From positions 186,001 through 250,000 of the forward strand of contig CBFFRP010000380.1 in NCBI GenBank assembly GCA_965644295.1: a DNA stretch of 64,000 bases, in the 5' to 3' direction. The translations under genes and the position numbers were made by a program. Shown here in pieces: positions 1 through 13,000 of the stretch (its first letter is position 1; each line of letters begins with the position of its first letter). The notes under the pieces were generated by a model. The model did not search any database, was not told where the DNA came from, and saw only the letters and a program-made list of their open reading frames with translations. The DNA comes from Paraphysomonas bandaiensis. Taxonomy: Eukaryota; Protista; Chrysophyceae.

Positions 1-2930
1 AGTTGTGAAAGAGCAGTTTGAGAAAAGTGATACACCGGATAACATGAAGCGAGTGTGTAAAAATTCTTCTTTACGTCTGCCTCTTGATGTGTGCTGTAGA
101 TGCTACTTCCTCTCATCGAGCAATACCGAAAATCTTCTCCGCTGTTGAGAGCTGAAGAAAGTGGCTCGCGAAAGGTCTTTCTAAATTGCGTTGATCGATT
201 TTTTCGTAAGTTGCTTTGTTAATACAGTTGGTTAAAGCTCCTAGAGTTGTTCCAACCGCACTTGAACTGGTGAGTACTTTGTACGCTCTGACTGTCGAGA
301 ATTATATGGGCGTATATTTTATTTTTTAACGTGCAGCAAATGGAGGAGGCTGCCAAGAAAGAAGAGAAGCTAAAAGAAAAGATTCGTGATGAGCAACTGT
401 GTATGAACGTCGATGACAGTGTATGTTATCAGTTTTAGTATTATCGTAGTTACCAGTAACCCATGTCAATCAGAAATGCGAAGATGCAAGAGTCAAAGGA
501 GAGTGTACTTCAAACCTTGGTATGTTCCTCGCTGAACTCTGAATTAAACTTCTGTGATATTGTTTGTAAAATACATCAGCGAAAACACTCTTTGGTTGCC
601 CGAAGGCATGTGGATTCTGTTCGGATGATAACAAACTTTGCACCGATTTCTTCCTTGGGAAATGTACGATATCCGTTGTCTATATTTCTCTTATGGAGCA
701 GTCATATCTGTCTTAGGCCCAAAGTATGCCTCTGAAGGACAGTGCACGGACCCGGAGTCTAAAGAATGGATGGAAATTAATTGTCGCCGATCGTGTAAAT
801 TCTGCAGGTAGATATACACCACTCTTATATCTGCATCGATTCTATTTTTACGTGAATTTGATGTACTGCCATTGTAAAATCTATACTTTTGAGCTATGCT
901 TCGCCAATACTTATTTTTGTGATGTATGTCAGACGCCCGGACGATCCTCCTATCAACAACGTGAATTCAAAGGAGAAAAACCCCGATGCTAATTCGGTAG
1001 ATTCTGTTGCCGATAAACCGAGCAAGGAAGATGAAGCATCGGAGCTCTTGAAGGTATATCAACGTATGTCACAAAACGTTACGTCATGTATCGGCATTCA
1101 GAATGCGGTGAGGATTAATCCCTACACAGCTCAAGAGCTATGGGAAAGTTCGAAGCTTGAAGATGACATTGGTACGTCTTTTTGTGATATTGGTATTCAT
1201 TTTTGCATGAGGCCGTCGCATTGTTCTATAAATATCTTGTGATTTCCTTCTAGATGTATCTAATGTACGTTGATTGACTGTTTTGGCAGGGAGCGAACCG
1301 TGTGCATTGGCGAACACGAATCATGCAAAGCTGTTGGACTATATCCATGTTCATCCTGCGCCGAAGGGTGGACACTTCGGGTTAGTAGCTGATATGTTTT
1401 CTTAGCTGTGTTAAATTTCGATTTTGATTCAGGGAAGGAAGTGTAGCAGATAGAACTACCAATCTAGGAAATCGTATATTTTGTGCGACATACACCATGG
1501 AATCCAAGCACGCTTCCAATGTTGCGGTAGGCCCTTTGAGCGCAGAATTTTCGGTCGTGTTATGTAATGGGCGTATTGTTCTCTCATGTAGACTCTGCGC
1601 AACACGTGGGGTAAACGCTGTGATGGGTGGGTTGCATTCAGTACTGTTACTGATCCAACTATACCAGGTGATTTCATCTGCTTTGCTGTGGTTCATATTA
1701 TCATGAGGATTCTTAGCATCATTTAATGCTGTGCAATTGCTTAATGCTATAGCTTATGCTGTATATTTGTATTAGCTATCCAGATCCATCATGAGGGACC
1801 AGAGAGCTATAATAACATGTGGCAGAAGGTGATTATTATATAAATGTTATTCTGAGTTGTAATCCTGCGCAGTCCCGGAGCATATGGAAGTACATTGCTC
1901 AGCATTATATGGACGAGTTTGACTGGTTTTTGATTGGCGGTGATGATATGTACTACATTATTGAGAACCTGAGGGAGTATTTAAGGTCAGAAATTTTTGT
2001 AGTGTCTGACGCCCGTGAGGTTACTTCGTCGTTTTGGAGGCTAATCCTTATTGTCACTTACGCATTGTTCTTAGGTCTCCAGAGGTGGTATCTGCGAAGA
2101 ATGAAAATAAAGGTATTGGTCTCACTTATTTTAAGCACTATGTGTACTACCTATGCTTGGAGCATACATATGTGTGTAATGTTTCCGACTTGACGAAATA
2201 TTACTTTGACAGGCATGTTCATCGGCCGAAGATTCTTTCCGCCAAATCAGATAGCATTTAACAGTGGTGGTGCCGGATACATTCTTGACAAGGTTTCTCT
2301 ACAGGTTATTTGACACTAGTTTTGAAAACCTGAGTTATGTACTTTTCTTGCTAATGGTTACACGCTGCAGCACTTGGCAGAGCATATAGATGGCCCACCT
2401 TGCTTTCCACATCAACAGGTAAATATCCCCGCGATTGTCCTATACAATTGAATGTCCCTTCTGAAAATATGTTTTAGGGATTTTGGGAAGATGTCAATGT
2501 TGCAAACTGTTTGCTTCAGACGCACCACATCACTCCTTTTGACACGAGAGACAAAAATGGAAGGTGGTGCATCAGGGGAATGATTTGCACTATACACAAT
2601 AACATTGTATGTTATTCAGAGAGCGATTTCATCCGTTCCAGCCTGCTAACCATCTTTTATACACTGTACCGAAGAATCCAGACTGGTGCGTGCTATCAAT
2701 TTTAAAACTCTGTATATTCAAGTCGTGCAGGTACAAAAAGTATAACCCCGACCTGAAGTTGGGACTAGAGTGTTGCGCTGCCGATTCAGTTTCTTTTCAT
2801 TACTCCCCGGTCAGTGAATCACTAACCCTGATAGAATAGTTTTTGATGTTGTATATATCAGGGGCCATTCATGAAGAAGTTACACAACTACATGTATCAC
2901 TGCGGCCTCAAAAGAGATTTACCACATTAG
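1..2930 (+). CDS. Multi-exon ShK-domain GT31 beta-1,3-galactosyltransferase (C1GALT1-like); 5' end probably outside the window
   Basis: Exons give Cys-rich ShK-like motifs (GCPKACGFC, NCRRSCKFC), then TWGKRCD, NMWQK, FDWFLIGGDDMY, FNSGGAGY, EDVNVANCL, ERFHPF and CCAADSVSFHY. Stop TAG at 2928-2930. Exon boundaries read by eye. Confidence 0.8.
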
Positions 2931-3839
2931 CATTAGCGTTAGCTTGATCCATTAGAATGACGGGTTTGCAATAGAATGTAGGCATATATTTCTTGCGTGA
3001 GATTAGGCACGAAGTATAGTGATGTTTATAGTTTGTCGTAAAGCAAATACTATAGGTCGTTTCATACACCTCTACAAGAAATATAAAATCGTCACATCCC
3101 GTATAACTTTTTTATGTTGTTTTGTTTCATCTGTTATGAAACTAATTAGCGTAATATATGGGCTTTGTCCATCATTCCAAAACCGTGGTTTAAGCTTAGT
3201 TTGATAACTAGAGACCATCAGACAAGTTATCTTACGATAAACACGGGATGCAAATATATTGTGAAAGCTAATCATCTAATCATATCTTCACCAGTCAATT
3301 TATGGGCATTAAGTAACTCTATTGCCTTATAATAGTAAGCAATTACTTATGCATGCCCCACTTCAAGCTGCAAGTTTGCTATGGAGGTCCCATCGATGCA
3401 CATATAAGAGTTATTACACTACATATGCACCTAACAACACAAATAGACGGAATTAACCCTTAGAATCTGTAATATATATAACAAGAAATGTACATATCAA
3501 GCTACAACAACATTCCATGTACAACAAAAATTTCCTATCATCTACTACTAGAGTAAGCAACTTTGGGTGTCTGATGAAGGGATATCGAAATGTTGCAGTA
3601 CGTGTGTCTGAGTTAGAGTAGTTGTACAATACATACGTTGTTGCAGTCCAATGCTGTAAGCTTTTGTACTATTGAATTCTGCCGTCTGATGTCTGATACG
3701 CTGTAAATGTTGTGCACGTGAAGTAATTTTGTAGATTTGTAGTGTACATAGCTGTAACGGGTGAATATAGTTATAAAGTAAATTCAGTTACTGATATGTT
3801 GTGACTACATACTATATAAGACTGACTGTCCTCAACAAA

Positions 3840-4240
3840 ATCGGACTCGCACCTTTTCGTGGCGTTCTGGGGAGGATAAGTACCGGAGATACTTCTCCTG
3901 GAAACTAACATGAGACATGTATATATAATATATTGTCATAGCCTAATGCTCGTGTGGTACAATATATGAAAGTCTGATTATTACATGAGTACGGTTGCGT
4001 ACAGAAACTAGTATGTGGTACAAAGGACACACATACTTTTCACTTGTGTACACGCCATTGGGCTCTGACGAATAAACAGGCATCCGGGAGTGGGCCCACC
4101 TCAAGGGCATCAGGGATATTGAGCTGCATGCTGAAGTCAAGTATCCGGGATTTTCACCTTGAGGACTCAAAAAACCTGAAGTCAGCAGATGTCAGGTATA
4201 TCAACATTATGTTTGCTCTCTGTGTTTGCTTTGAGTGATA
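3840..4240. repeat. Old dispersed repeat, copy 1 (homologous to ~40455-40790)
   Basis: Shared blocks in the same order, e.g. ttgggctctgacgaataaacag vs ttgggccttgacgaatgaacag, gtcaagtatccggga in both, and tatcaacatt in both. Confidence 0.6.
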
Positions 4241-4630
4241 GAGCAAAAGTGGTTGCCCCTTGGTGCTTGCGGTAACGCACAAGCAGCTTTTTTCGTAGCG
4301 TTAAATAGTAGGATATCAGACTTTAGCATGCACTACTTGGCGAAATTGATTGATTTGTATAATGTATAGCTCTTCTTATAATAAAGTCATATAGTGGTAA
4401 TGTTGTACTTCCACCACGATTCCTTCGACAACTCAACAAAATGTACAAAGAATAGAAAAATAATTATAAATACTACATATATGCTTCACAGATGTAAGAT
4501 TATGTAGAAATGTGTACTTGTCTGCAATCATGCTATTTAAGCATAAAATATATTGGGTCACTTAGCAAACTACAGGGCACCAACAATCTATTTAACTAAT
4601 TGTTGGCGCTTTGACTCCATTTAATTTAAT

Positions 4631-7252
4631 TTATTTACTCGCACCAATAGAAGGCGGAGCGCTACTGGAAAAAATCGAAGCACCGTTGGTTCTTCCATCC
4701 ATTAGATCAACGGGTTGGGTGACATTCATGTAACGGATACCCACTTCGCGTTGAGTTCGCAGAAGCTTTTCAATCAGTTGTGTACGACTCGTATAGAGCA
4801 CCATTGTCTGTAACTAATGTTAAAACAAAGAAAATACTATAAACTGTACGCACATTGGAGAAGTGGGTTCTATGAGTGGCCCAGAGAGTGTAGCCAAGAT
4901 TATTGTGACCTGCATCTATCGTGTGACCAGCAATGAAACACTCCTTCCAATTGTCTTTTTCTTGAATATTGATGTAGTCCCGAATTTCTGACCAGAAGCA
5001 ATCGAGTTGTTCCTGCAGCAACATCACAAAATATGAGTAATACTATCTAACTATACAGTAGATATCACAGAATATATGATACAGAATGAAATCCACTACA
5101 GAAATCTGTGAGAACCTGGGTTACAGCTGTAGGGCCATCAAGAGCAAAGGATATTGGAATTTCAAGCGTGGCATTTAAACTATGAGTCAAATTCATAATT
5201 TTCTCCCCAAATAACACATGGTTGGGCCAGTGCAGCTGCGAACAATTCACATCAGTAACCATATCACATAAGAGACGAGTGCATACACAATACACATTCA
5301 TAATACGCTTGTGATAAAAATACCTGTTCATTGTATATAGTCAGCACAGTTGTTTGCAGTAGCGTGATTCGTGTCACATTACCAATAATTTTAGTAGCAC
5401 CGGCTCCAACAGCAATTCGATCCCCAACATCGTAAGGTAGCATAAATGATACAAATGCAACGGCCATACATGCATTCCCGATAGTGGGGCCGACTGCAAA
5501 AGAAACAGCAAAAACTAAAGTTAGTACCGGGGCAAAAAGAGCATCTGTGTCAATTTTCAAAATCATCTGTGCAATGATGACCATGATAATCCAGAATACT
5601 ACGTCAGTAACAGCCATTAGCGACTTTTGTAATTCCCCAAAATCAGATAACGATTTGGCTGCATTTTTATGAGAGTAATAAACGGAGATGCACACTGAAT
5701 TTAAAGTATCCTTCGAAACAGCTGTGTCTACTGTGTTGTCCACGTGAAACAACGTGCAGGCGTGCTTAACGAATGCCTCCTTGTCATCTTCTGGACCACA
5801 GTCATTCTCAATAATTGAGCATAAAAACTTTCCAGTCAGCTTTTTGCGTTGATTCTTCGAAAGAAATGTAAATAATCGCTCACCGAAGGATAGAGCGTGC
5901 TTTTTACTACGGATAATTAAGCGACCATTAAAGGTGCGAACTTTAAGATGCCCGTGAGAAACATCATGGACTCGAGTCCAAAATGTTTTCTTCTTCTTGA
6001 ACTCCACTATCTCTGCTTCGGTCGTTTCACTGGCAGAGGACGCAACAATCTCAGCGAATATATCCTTCACATTCACTGCAGCTGCTCGCTTTTTCTCCAC
6101 TGTCTCTTTAAGCTTCTGGCTTAACACACTCTTGCGCAAGGCCCTCATGGCCTTGGACTTCGCTGTGTTCTCCGCATCATCAGTGGGGCTCGGAGAGATT
6201 CTCTCCCCCGACAGAGCACTTATTGCAGCAGCCACAGATGAAGAGGGTGGGGCAACTTCTCCAACAACCCCTGTCCCGGTGCCATCTGTGGAATCGGTAC
6301 TGTTGCAACTCACAGCGTTGGAATGTGTGATATCAGTCGTACTGGACAGCTGAGAACACCTACGGTTCGGACCGTGGCAAGCCAAAATTGATAAGATTTT
6401 AGATTCCATCTCCATTGCTTCCAAACGATCACTGAACCTATTCACCATCATATTATTGTAATTCATTCGCTGATAAAACCGACGAAGTGTGTAGAACGTC
6501 CATATAGTAATTAATGTGGACATCATAGGGTTCCAATTACTAATCGACTTGACGACATCGTACGTACTAAGCGTGCCATTCATGACAGATACTGTAATTA
6601 TAAAACCAAGCGGTCCGTTCAAACAATGAGCATAAAGTCGAATCTCATCTGGACCATTCCAAAAAGTGTCTAGAATCATAAATATTGACTCATCGAACAC
6701 GCAGGTAGCAATGTCGGTGCCCATTACGACAAGACAGAATGCATACCAATGTCGTGGCGGAACACCATTTAACTGTAATCCATTTTGCCCTTGACCAAAT
6801 ATAACTAAAGCAAGAATTACAAGCACAATAGAGAAGTAAAACAGTCTCAGTCGCAGAGGGCCGAGTAGTCTATTACCAAGCTCAACAATCTTCTCTGCAA
6901 TATTAGCACCTAAATTTGTTTTAATAACATCAATAAACACCATGTCATGTCCCTCATCACTATCAACTGACATGTTATCAGTGTTTATCAATCGACTGAG
7001 GAGTTCTTTCACTGGTGTGTGTGGATTCGATGCCTTTAATCTCCCCATCTCAAGATCTTTACCTTCAGGATTACTACGATTACTACGATTACTTTTATTA
7101 TCACTTGCAATGGAATCAGATCGATGTCGTCTGAAGTATGTTGGAGGGATAGTGTCTATTGATGGGCCTGCATCTCGTTCATGTGGATCTGATACAGGCC
7201 CTGAATCTTCTAAACACTCAAATCCCTCTTGTTTTCTTGTAAACATATCCAT
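4631..7252 (-). CDS. MscS-like mechanosensitive channel, multi-exon
   Basis: TM helices followed by LPYDVGDRIAV...VTRITLLQT; small 3' exons continue to ...PSIGASK and a stop at 4631. Confidence 0.85.
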
Positions 7253-7765
7253 GTTTTCTAATGAGAATGAATAGATAGATGAGGAGGTGAGAGGGGAGGG
7301 GTGGGGTGGGAGGATATGTGGTTAATGGTGTATGTATGTATGGTGTACACAGATGTGTGCTGGGTTGTGAGGAAGCGAAGGGGAGAAGTGATTGGATGCG
7401 TAGAAGGTTCATATAGAAGGTAGTGTATGTGTACACAGATATGCTGTATACCAATACCTACATATGTATGTACAATGTATGTATTGTATGTACAGTGTAT
7501 GGAGAATTGTGTGTGGGAATATGTCGATCCAGCAAAAAAATCCAGGCTTTTTGGATACATGTTTTTCGATGACCAATATATTGTAGACATACTCTGCACA
7601 CAGTGCAGAAAAAGGTCGATTTTGTTTTGCTGGATCAACATATTCTCACAGACGAAATCGTATCTGTGTTTTGTTGTGTGAGTTGGTTTGGTTCATAGGC
7701 AGAGACGAGTGTGGAATTCATATCTAAGCAATCCCATAAACGTAAGTCTCTATTCTTTAAATCAA

Positions 7766-8632
7766 ATGAAAACATTTTCTCTCTATTTCCCTTTATTTTT
7801 ATTCCAATGTATCTCCCCCGTTTACTCTCTCACACCTCCTGATATTAACCTGCGGGCAGTGGACTCTACTCCAGATTACGATATACTCAGCTACACTCCC
7901 GCTGAATCATCTGGTTTGATATGGTACCAGCAATCTGGCTCTATTCCCTCTACTGGCAGACCGTATGTGGCTCATGTGGCATTGTTTGAACCGTCATTTT
8001 TTTCGTTTCGCCCGCCCACTGAGGAAGGCTGCACAGAGTACATTAAGACCAGTGAGTCCAGCAGTGGTGTTTGTGAATATGCAACTAATGGGGGATTCTT
8101 TACTTGGGACGATACGGTTGCCTGTAAGTGTGTTGGGAACTTGGTAAGTGATGGGGTGGAGTACATTCTCGACGGAATGGGCAATGCTAATTTTGGATTG
8201 ACTTATGATAACAAAGTTGTAACGGGATTTATTGATGATGATTCATATAAACAGCTTAATTTCACTTACCTAATGAGTGGAAGTGGCTGGTTGGTTCGGA
8301 ACGGTGTGAGTTACATTGCCTCATCTCCTGATGTAGATATCGAGGGTAATTTCGTGCTAGAAAAGGCGCCACGAACTTCAGTGGGTATTTTCTCCAATGG
8401 TACGATGGTGCTTTATGAGGTTGATGGAGAAGAAGACATAGAAGCTGGTCCAGATCTCTTTGAAATGGCAGAGTTATTGGAGCTTCTTGGTGTGCAAAGT
8501 GCGGTCAATATTGATGGTGGTGGCAGTTCCGTTAGTGTGTACGACGGCAAAGTCATTAGCCAGCCAACCTGTGATGACACATCCACGATTTGCGAGAGAG
8601 AAGTACAATCGATTACTTGCGTTAGAAAGTGA
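7766..8632 (+). CDS. Phosphodiester glycosidase (NAGPA/DUF2233-like), secreted, intronless
   Basis: Signal peptide MKTFSLYFPLFL; motifs ATNGGFF, APRTSVG, VDG and AVNIDGGGSS. Confidence 0.8.
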   Translation: MKTFSLYFPLFLFQCISPVYSLTPPDINLRAVDSTPDYDILSYTPAESSGLIWYQQSGSIPSTGRPYVAHVALFEPSFFSFRPPTEEGCTEYIKTSESSSGVCEYATNGGFFTWDDTVACKCVGNLVSDGVEYILDGMGNANFGLTYDNKVVTGFIDDDSYKQLNFTYLMSGSGWLVRNGVSYIASSPDVDIEGNFVLEKAPRTSVGIFSNGTMVLYEVDGEEDIEAGPDLFEMAELLELLGVQSAVNIDGGGSSVSVYDGKVISQPTCDDTSTICEREVQSITCVRK

Positions 8633-9762
8633 TACGCGTCATCTCTGGATGGTATTTTATGTTCGATGGAGTGACGGGCACCGGTAACTCTTGATGTTTA
8701 TGTTAACGTGGATATTTATACCCCACAACATAGCGTTTACGCTATTTATCCATTTATTATAATAATAAAGAATATATATACGTGTATTTTATGTCTACAT
8801 AACAGTATATGAAATTAGAAATGGTGCTCATTGTTGCACCCTCAATCTGATTTTTGCTACCAATTTAGAAGTTTATTAAGAATAGTAACCAATCACTACC
8901 TTATACGCTAGTAGTAGTAGGACATAGCATATATCATATATTATAATATTATAATACAACGCGTACGAAGCAATATAACAATAGCAAACCGATCTACTAC
9001 TACTAGGCTATTGTGGTAACTGATTATAAAAGATATGTTCCTGAGTTGACATAATGCTACTGCTTCGTGAAAAGCAGCATCTTTGGGATGAGAGATGAGA
9101 CTACTGTCAAGATATGACACAATTGGATGATTAGTAAGATAACTGGACGTGTATTCACTCATGAATCAAGTTAAGATGAGAGAAGATTGTAATAAATATA
9201 ATAAACTATATATCACGTTATCTCTACTACCACTCATTTCTAGTACGATCTTACATCGTCATGATATCACTTCTCATAATACAGCTCATCACTACTGTAT
9301 TCTCCAGTAACCGTCATAATTCCAATATCTTCGAATTACAGCTTTTAATTGCTTAAACAGCAAAACTCAACAACTACAGTTCAGAATTCAGAAAGTTATT
9401 CTAAAATCTAGCAATAGAATAGAAATGTCAATGACTTGATGCTTGATTAATAGTTGCAATTATCATTGTTGTTGAACATCTGTCACCAATTAATTGAAAT
9501 TAATGATTGTTATGCAAGCCTGCTACCACTGCATGTTGAATTTAATATGGTCCCACTAAAAACTGCGAAATAAGTAATAGCATAACAAACTCTAACCTCT
9601 AACGATAACTACCATTGACCTCAAGTCTCTTTCTGGTACTCGACATGAGCAAACGCTAATCTTACCAAATTCTACAGTAAATCATACCCAAACATGTCTA
9701 TCCGCCAGTGTGTACCAGGGCCTGGTAACCGTTAAAGGTAGTGGCAATAATGGTAATGCCAT

Positions 9763-10056
9763 TATTAGAATATGGATCTTATTCTAGTATATTCAGTATG
9801 TCACTTCAAGACAATGTACGAGAATACAGTGAAATATAGTGATGTACAAATGCTGTGATGATATTGAGAAACTGAAATAGTTTGATCGTTCAAGATATGT
9901 TCAGTAACGAGAGGTTCGCATATGTAGGATATTATGCAGGGATTATAATGAGTTAGTGTTGGTTATCACAACTTCGTGTAAACGATACTAATAAATCTTT
10001 CTAGTCTTACGACAAATTCTCTCTGTGATCTAGTGTAAAATGAGCGTTTCTCAACA
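9763..10056 (+). repeat. 5' LTR (TATTAG...TCAACA)
   Basis: Identical to 14976-15269 except T9999 vs A15212. Confidence 0.96.
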
Positions 10057-13000
10057 TGGTAGCGAGCGAGGAGGAGAGAAGGAGGATAGAGGAGTAGTGC
10101 CACAGTTTAATGAGAGCAATGTTGAACAATGGATTGAAGACTTCGAAACGTTCCTCATGAGGAAAGAGCAAAGTGAAGTAGCTGTGGAGCCACCACCGAA
10201 GGAGAGCGACTTCGGGGAACAGCCACTCACGTTAATGGAGGAGAAGTCTTACAGACAGGCTGTGAAGAAGTACTGGAAGGCGAATGCCATAGCGTATTCG
10301 TACTGCAGAGAGGCAGTGCAATCATCTTCGAAGGCGCTTCAGAAATTCCATCTTCTACATAAAGGGTTCAAGGCTGATGGAAGTGGAAGCAACAGGTTTA
10401 AGGCGCATATTATGATTGATGAGTTGAAGAAGTGCTTTGCTGGAGGGAAGCAAAACAAGATCAGTGAGCTGTTGACTCAGTATGGCTCTTTCCGTATGCG
10501 TCCGGAGGAGACTGCGAAGGACTATATAATACGGTTTGAAATACTGCTGAAAGAGCTACAGGAGCAGCAGCAGGACATATCGGAGCTCTCAAAAATAACA
10601 CGGTTACGAGAAGGTCTGTTGAATGAAGAATATGCTCCTCTGAATGTTGCTTTGTATTTGATGCCTGATGATGTTGATTATGCAACATTATCAAGGAAGA
10701 TAGAACGGTATGATGATACCATTCCTGGAAGGATTGCGTTAGAGCGGAAACGCAAGAAGGTGGAGGAGCTGAACTTCATTGAAAAGAGCAAACGGTCTCG
10801 AACGGAACGGGATAAGCGTAAGAAGGGCAACTGTAGATATTGCAGGAAAGAAGGAATTCCTCATAGCCATTCAACTGAACAGTGCAGGAGGAAGCAGAGG
10901 AAGAAGGATGGAGAGATATCAGGGCAGCGTCCTGGAAGTGCTGAATACACGGGATGCAGAAATTGCAAGTCTCTGGAACATCTTGCTGCTGATTGTCCAA
11001 CGACGAAGAAAAAGCATTCTAGAAGAGGAGAGAAAGGGAAGAATCATGGTAGGAAGCCGGACAAAAGGCTGCTGACAGTAGAGAATATACGGCGTGGAGA
11101 ACCAGCAGATTTCTCTGATGAAGATGAAGCAAATATGATCGAGGATGTTATGAAATTGTCATGCAATATACATGAAACGAATATATGTAGTGTAAATGAT
11201 GACATGCATTATACATATATTGACACCTGCTGTTCATCATCAATGTTCTTGATGAATGATGTGACCATGCTTGACACTCATATGAATACATCAAAGGTGA
11301 TAAACGGCTCTAAGAAGGGATCAGAGATTCATATCACAAGTGTGGGTTCCCGTGGAGCATGGAGAGACATAGAAATTTCAGATCAGATCAATCGATGCCT
11401 GTGCTCCGGACGTAAGCTAAACGAAATGGGCTATCGATTCACGGTGTGGTATGGGATCCAAATTTATGACTGTAATACTGGTGAACTGGTACTGGAGGGA
11501 CCCATGAAGAATGGAATGACTGCAGTTCCAACTCAGCAGCTGTTGGAGCTTCCAGATGTGTCTACACCGAGTAATTGTGAAGTAAATCTTAGCGATAGGA
11601 CTGGTGAGGACGAGCTGGAGTTGCTGCATCGGAGAGCGGGTCACTTCAACAAACATGCGTTAGTGGAGGCACATAAGAGGATGCTCATCATGGGTACAGG
11701 GTTGAAACGGAAACACCTCACAGCCAAGGTACACAAAAATCAGTGTTTGTGTGATGTGTGTGCCAGGTCTAAGATAACCCGAGTCAGCTTCCGAACGAAG
11801 GACGAGAATTCCGTTAGACCGAATTTTTCAGCAGATATCGCTGTGTACTTAAATTGTCCTGCTAGAGGAGGTGAGAGGTATGTGTTAAAGATAACGCATC
11901 ATGCCAGCAAAATGTTCTGGGCGACGGGTTTAGTCCACAGAACTGGGGAAGCGGTCTTAGAAGTCTTCAAAGAGCTATTTAGAGGAGATGTTAGAAGGTA
12001 CAAGCTCAAGATGGAGCACTATCATGCCGATGGTGCAGGAGAATTAATCAGTGAGGAGCTGTGTCAGTATCTTAGGACACAGGAGTGCTATCAACATACG
12101 TGGAGCTCAACAGACTCTCCAGAAATGAATGCCATAGAGGAGAGGAAGTTCAGAACTGCTGGAGAGATGACTCTTGCAATGCTAATCCAATCTGGACTGC
12201 CACCGCAATTTTGGCTGGATGCATACATGGCAGCCAGATATATTTTGATTCGATTGCCAACGAAAACAGATAAAGGGTATATGTCTCCTATAGAGTTTCT
12301 AACGGGCGAGCCTCCAAATTTGAGATATCTTAGGGTATGGGGGTGTCGAACTTATGTTCTTTCACCGAAGGCGGATCGACGAAAGGATTGGGAGGATAAG
12401 GCTCTAGTTGGATATTTAATGGGTTACTCTGATGAGAAGGTAGGATACCATGTATATCTTCCTGAATCAAACAAGGTGGTGACTACAGTCCATATATTGA
12501 CTGATGAGTCAACGCCATCACGATCAGAGAAGTATTTCGCAGAGATTGATGCTCTTCGAGTGCGGGAGGCCGCTAGACCCAAGCTTGCATCCGACTATGT
12601 CAGCTTAGAAGGAACGTATCATATTGATGATGAGGACGGACTTCTGTATAAGACAACAAGAGTTGTAGAACGTAAGGGTGTGATTGTAGCATACCGTTCA
12701 CTTGTTACTGCAGGTCGCGAGCATATAGAGCACCGGGTGCCTATACACGTCGAAGACGTGGTGCGTATGACTGCAGAAACCCCCGGGAATACCGGGTACA
12801 TAGGAAAGGGGGACGCCCTGAGTACTACGCCAGCCAGGGAGCTGGACCAGGGAAGACCTGGAGGGTTCCAGGAGAGTCCTGACCCAACCTGTCAACAGAC
12901 AGTCGTGAGGTTGCAGACCTCGACAGACCATGGGTCTGGGGATGCGAGCGGGGCTCCTCCCACACCGCAAGATTTGCGGGCTCAGGATGAGCAAGGTATG

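Noticed and set aside
5484-7274. Antisense and shadow ORFs over host genes and the copia element
   Set aside because: They overlap well-supported genes on the other strand or frame and show no independent coding signal.
8908-9006. 13-bp inverted repeat ctagtagtagtag / ctactactactag as a miniature element
   Set aside because: It is a trinucleotide microsatellite with no second copy in the window; too weak to call.
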